DNA of 64,000 nucleotides from an uncultured Acidobacteriaceae bacterium (GTDB lineage Bacteria; Acidobacteriota; Terriglobia; Terriglobales; Acidobacteriaceae): NCBI GenBank assembly GCA_963828115.1, contig CAWHDN010000022.1, positions 5,592 to 69,591 of the forward strand, read 5' to 3'. Shown piece by piece: positions 62,770 to 64,000 of this stretch (position 1 is its first letter; each line of letters starts with the position of its first letter). The notes under the pieces were generated by a model. It saw only the letters and a program-made list of their open reading frames with translations, ran no database searches and was not told where the DNA came from. The position numbers and the translations under genes were made by a program.

Positions 62770-63375
62770 TCACCCCAGCTTCTTCACCAGCTTCGGCGCA
62801 TCCCCATCCAACTCCACCCGCACCTCGCCGCCCAGCGCGCGCAGAAACCCCCTCACCGCCTCCATCGCCGTCCGCTCCGCATTCGCAGGATGCAGCAGCC
62901 GCACCGTCTTCGCGCCTTCAAACCCCAATCCCCCACGCACCGCGAAGCATCGCTCACCCCGATAGGTACACGACGCTAAATCCGTAATGCTCTGCGCCTC
63001 GCTCGGCGTCAGCAGGATCGTCCGCGGCGGGGCCATGCGGTCGAGCAAACAAAATATCTCCAGCTTCGACTCCAGCTCATCCGGCACAAAGTCCACCGCA
63101 ACGTCCGCCTCCCGCACCGCGTCCTCGATTGTCGCCGCCACCGTCAACCCGCCGCGAGCCCCCGTCTTCTGCGACGCAAGATCGGCGTACTCCTCCTGCG
63201 CCCGCCGCAGGTTTGCCGGCATCACGTCCTCCAGCACTACGTCGAAGCCCGCCGCCGCGCACGCCAGCGCGAAGCTTCGTCCCACGCGTCCCGCACCAAT
63301 CACCGCCACCGTGCGAATCGCGGCCCGCAGTTTTGCATCCGCCCCGCCGCAGCCCACTGCTGGCTCCGCGCTCAC
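62770..63375 (-). CDS. 3-hydroxyacyl-CoA dehydrogenase NAD-binding domain-only protein
   Basis: VAVIGAGRVG, ADVAVDFVPDELESKLEIF..LD; GTG overlaps the upstream TGA; no C-terminal dimerisation domain. Confidence 0.75.
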   Translation of the reverse strand: MSAEPAVGCGGADAKLRAAIRTVAVIGAGRVGRSFALACAAAGFDVVLEDVMPANLRRAQEEYADLASQKTGARGGLTVAATIEDAVREADVAVDFVPDELESKLEIFCLLDRMAPPRTILLTPSEAQSITDLASCTYRGERCFAVRGGLGFEGAKTVRLLHPANAERTAMEAVRGFLRALGGEVRVELDGDAPKLVKKLG

Positions 63376-63527
63376 TTCTTCGCTTGCACAGCCTGCACCA
63401 CGGTCTCGTAGCTTGGCTCCGCGCCCTTGATATGGTCCGCCACGCGCTGCCGCTCCTCGTCCGTCAGCGACGGCAGCACCGTCAGGATTCGCCGCAGCGT
63501 CACCGATATATCGTCCACATAATTCAT
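63372..63527 (-). CDS. Small hypothetical protein (51 aa)
   Basis: MNYVDDISVTLRRILTVLPSLTDEERQRVA; host-like codons; translationally coupled to the next gene. Confidence 0.6.
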   Translation of the reverse strand: MNYVDDISVTLRRILTVLPSLTDEERQRVADHIKGAEPSYETVVQAVQAKK

Positions 63528-63615
63528 CGTTCGTATTGCTTCGCCAGAGAGAGGCATCGTTGCTCCTGTCAATTAATGTCGTTCCCACCAGTCTACCGCG
63601 CCCGCGCAAACCCCG

Positions 63616-63762
63616 GTCATCCCGACCGGAGCAATGGACGGTTGTATCGTCCGTTGCGCAGTGGAGGGACCCCCGCATTTTGTTGTTGCCTTTTCTTGAT
63701 CCGTGTTAGTTTTTACCTTTCTGTTGTTTGTTAATCGGTTTCAGCGGTGTCAATCCGTGTTA
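63616..63762 (+). repeat. Composite repeat (family A variant REP, hexamer tract, ATCGGTG repeats)
   Basis: Matches 48681..48825. Confidence 0.78.
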
Positions 63763-64000
63763 AGCTTTTCCTTCGCCGCCTCCACCCAATCCCGGTCCGT
63801 CAGCTCCATCAACTCCGCAAGCTCCGCCGCAATCTCAGCCTTCAGCGCACCCGCCTCATATCGCCAGGTCCAGTTGCCCAGCCGGTTTGCCGGCGTATTC
63901 ATGCGCGCCTCACTGTCCAGGCGCAGGATGTCCTGCATCGGAAAGATGCACAACTTCGCCACCGACCTCGCCGCCGCCCGCATCATCGCTCCCACAATCT
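63750..64000 (-). CDS. malQ: 4-alpha-glucanotransferase (amylomaltase, GH77), C-terminus only
   Basis: SVAKLCIFPMQDILRL..ARMNTP....GNWTWR. Confidence 0.88.
   Translation of the reverse strand, partial: IVGAMMRAAARSVAKLCIFPMQDILRLDSEARMNTPANRLGNWTWRYEAGALKAEIAAELAELMELTDRDWVEAAKEKLNTD

Overview
High-GC bacterial chromosome segment. Gene content, TIGR03435/DUF6982-type genes and repeat style point to Acidobacteriota (Acidobacteriaceae-like); this is inference. It is mostly housekeeping: nadE, lolCE/lolD, clpC, recQ, pdxS/pdxT, a CCA-family nucleotidyltransferase, bcp, fabD, secG, aroK, rsmE, dnaJ/grpE, anmK, mutS, ccsA-like/hemA and malQ. It also carries carbohydrate-active enzymes (CE15, GH51, GH2, CE4), two ECF sigma modules, two type II TA pairs (higBA, vapBC) and an accessory patch at about 20.6-27.1 kb (HEAT paralogs, an orphan Rhs C-terminus with a phospholipase-A2-like motif plus a DUF1566 partner, and an integrase remnant). 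The most interesting items not named by the ORF track are: (1) a Tyr/Phe/Trp-rich leader peptide with a terminator upstream of aroK, a candidate attenuator sensing all three aromatic amino acids; (2) REP-like palindrome families, all in one orientation, that have inserted in frame into mutS, recQ and an ABC substrate-binding gene; (3) a ~118-bp IS5-like MITE sitting at CTAG stop codons; (4) twin back-to-back ECF promoters TGAAAC-N17-GTCTAAC; (5) two accessory insertions flanked by partial duplicates of the neighbouring core gene. About a dozen single-base frameshifts in short base runs, including in lolD and hemA, look like sequencing or assembly indels. I recognised no tRNA, rRNA or CRISPR array.
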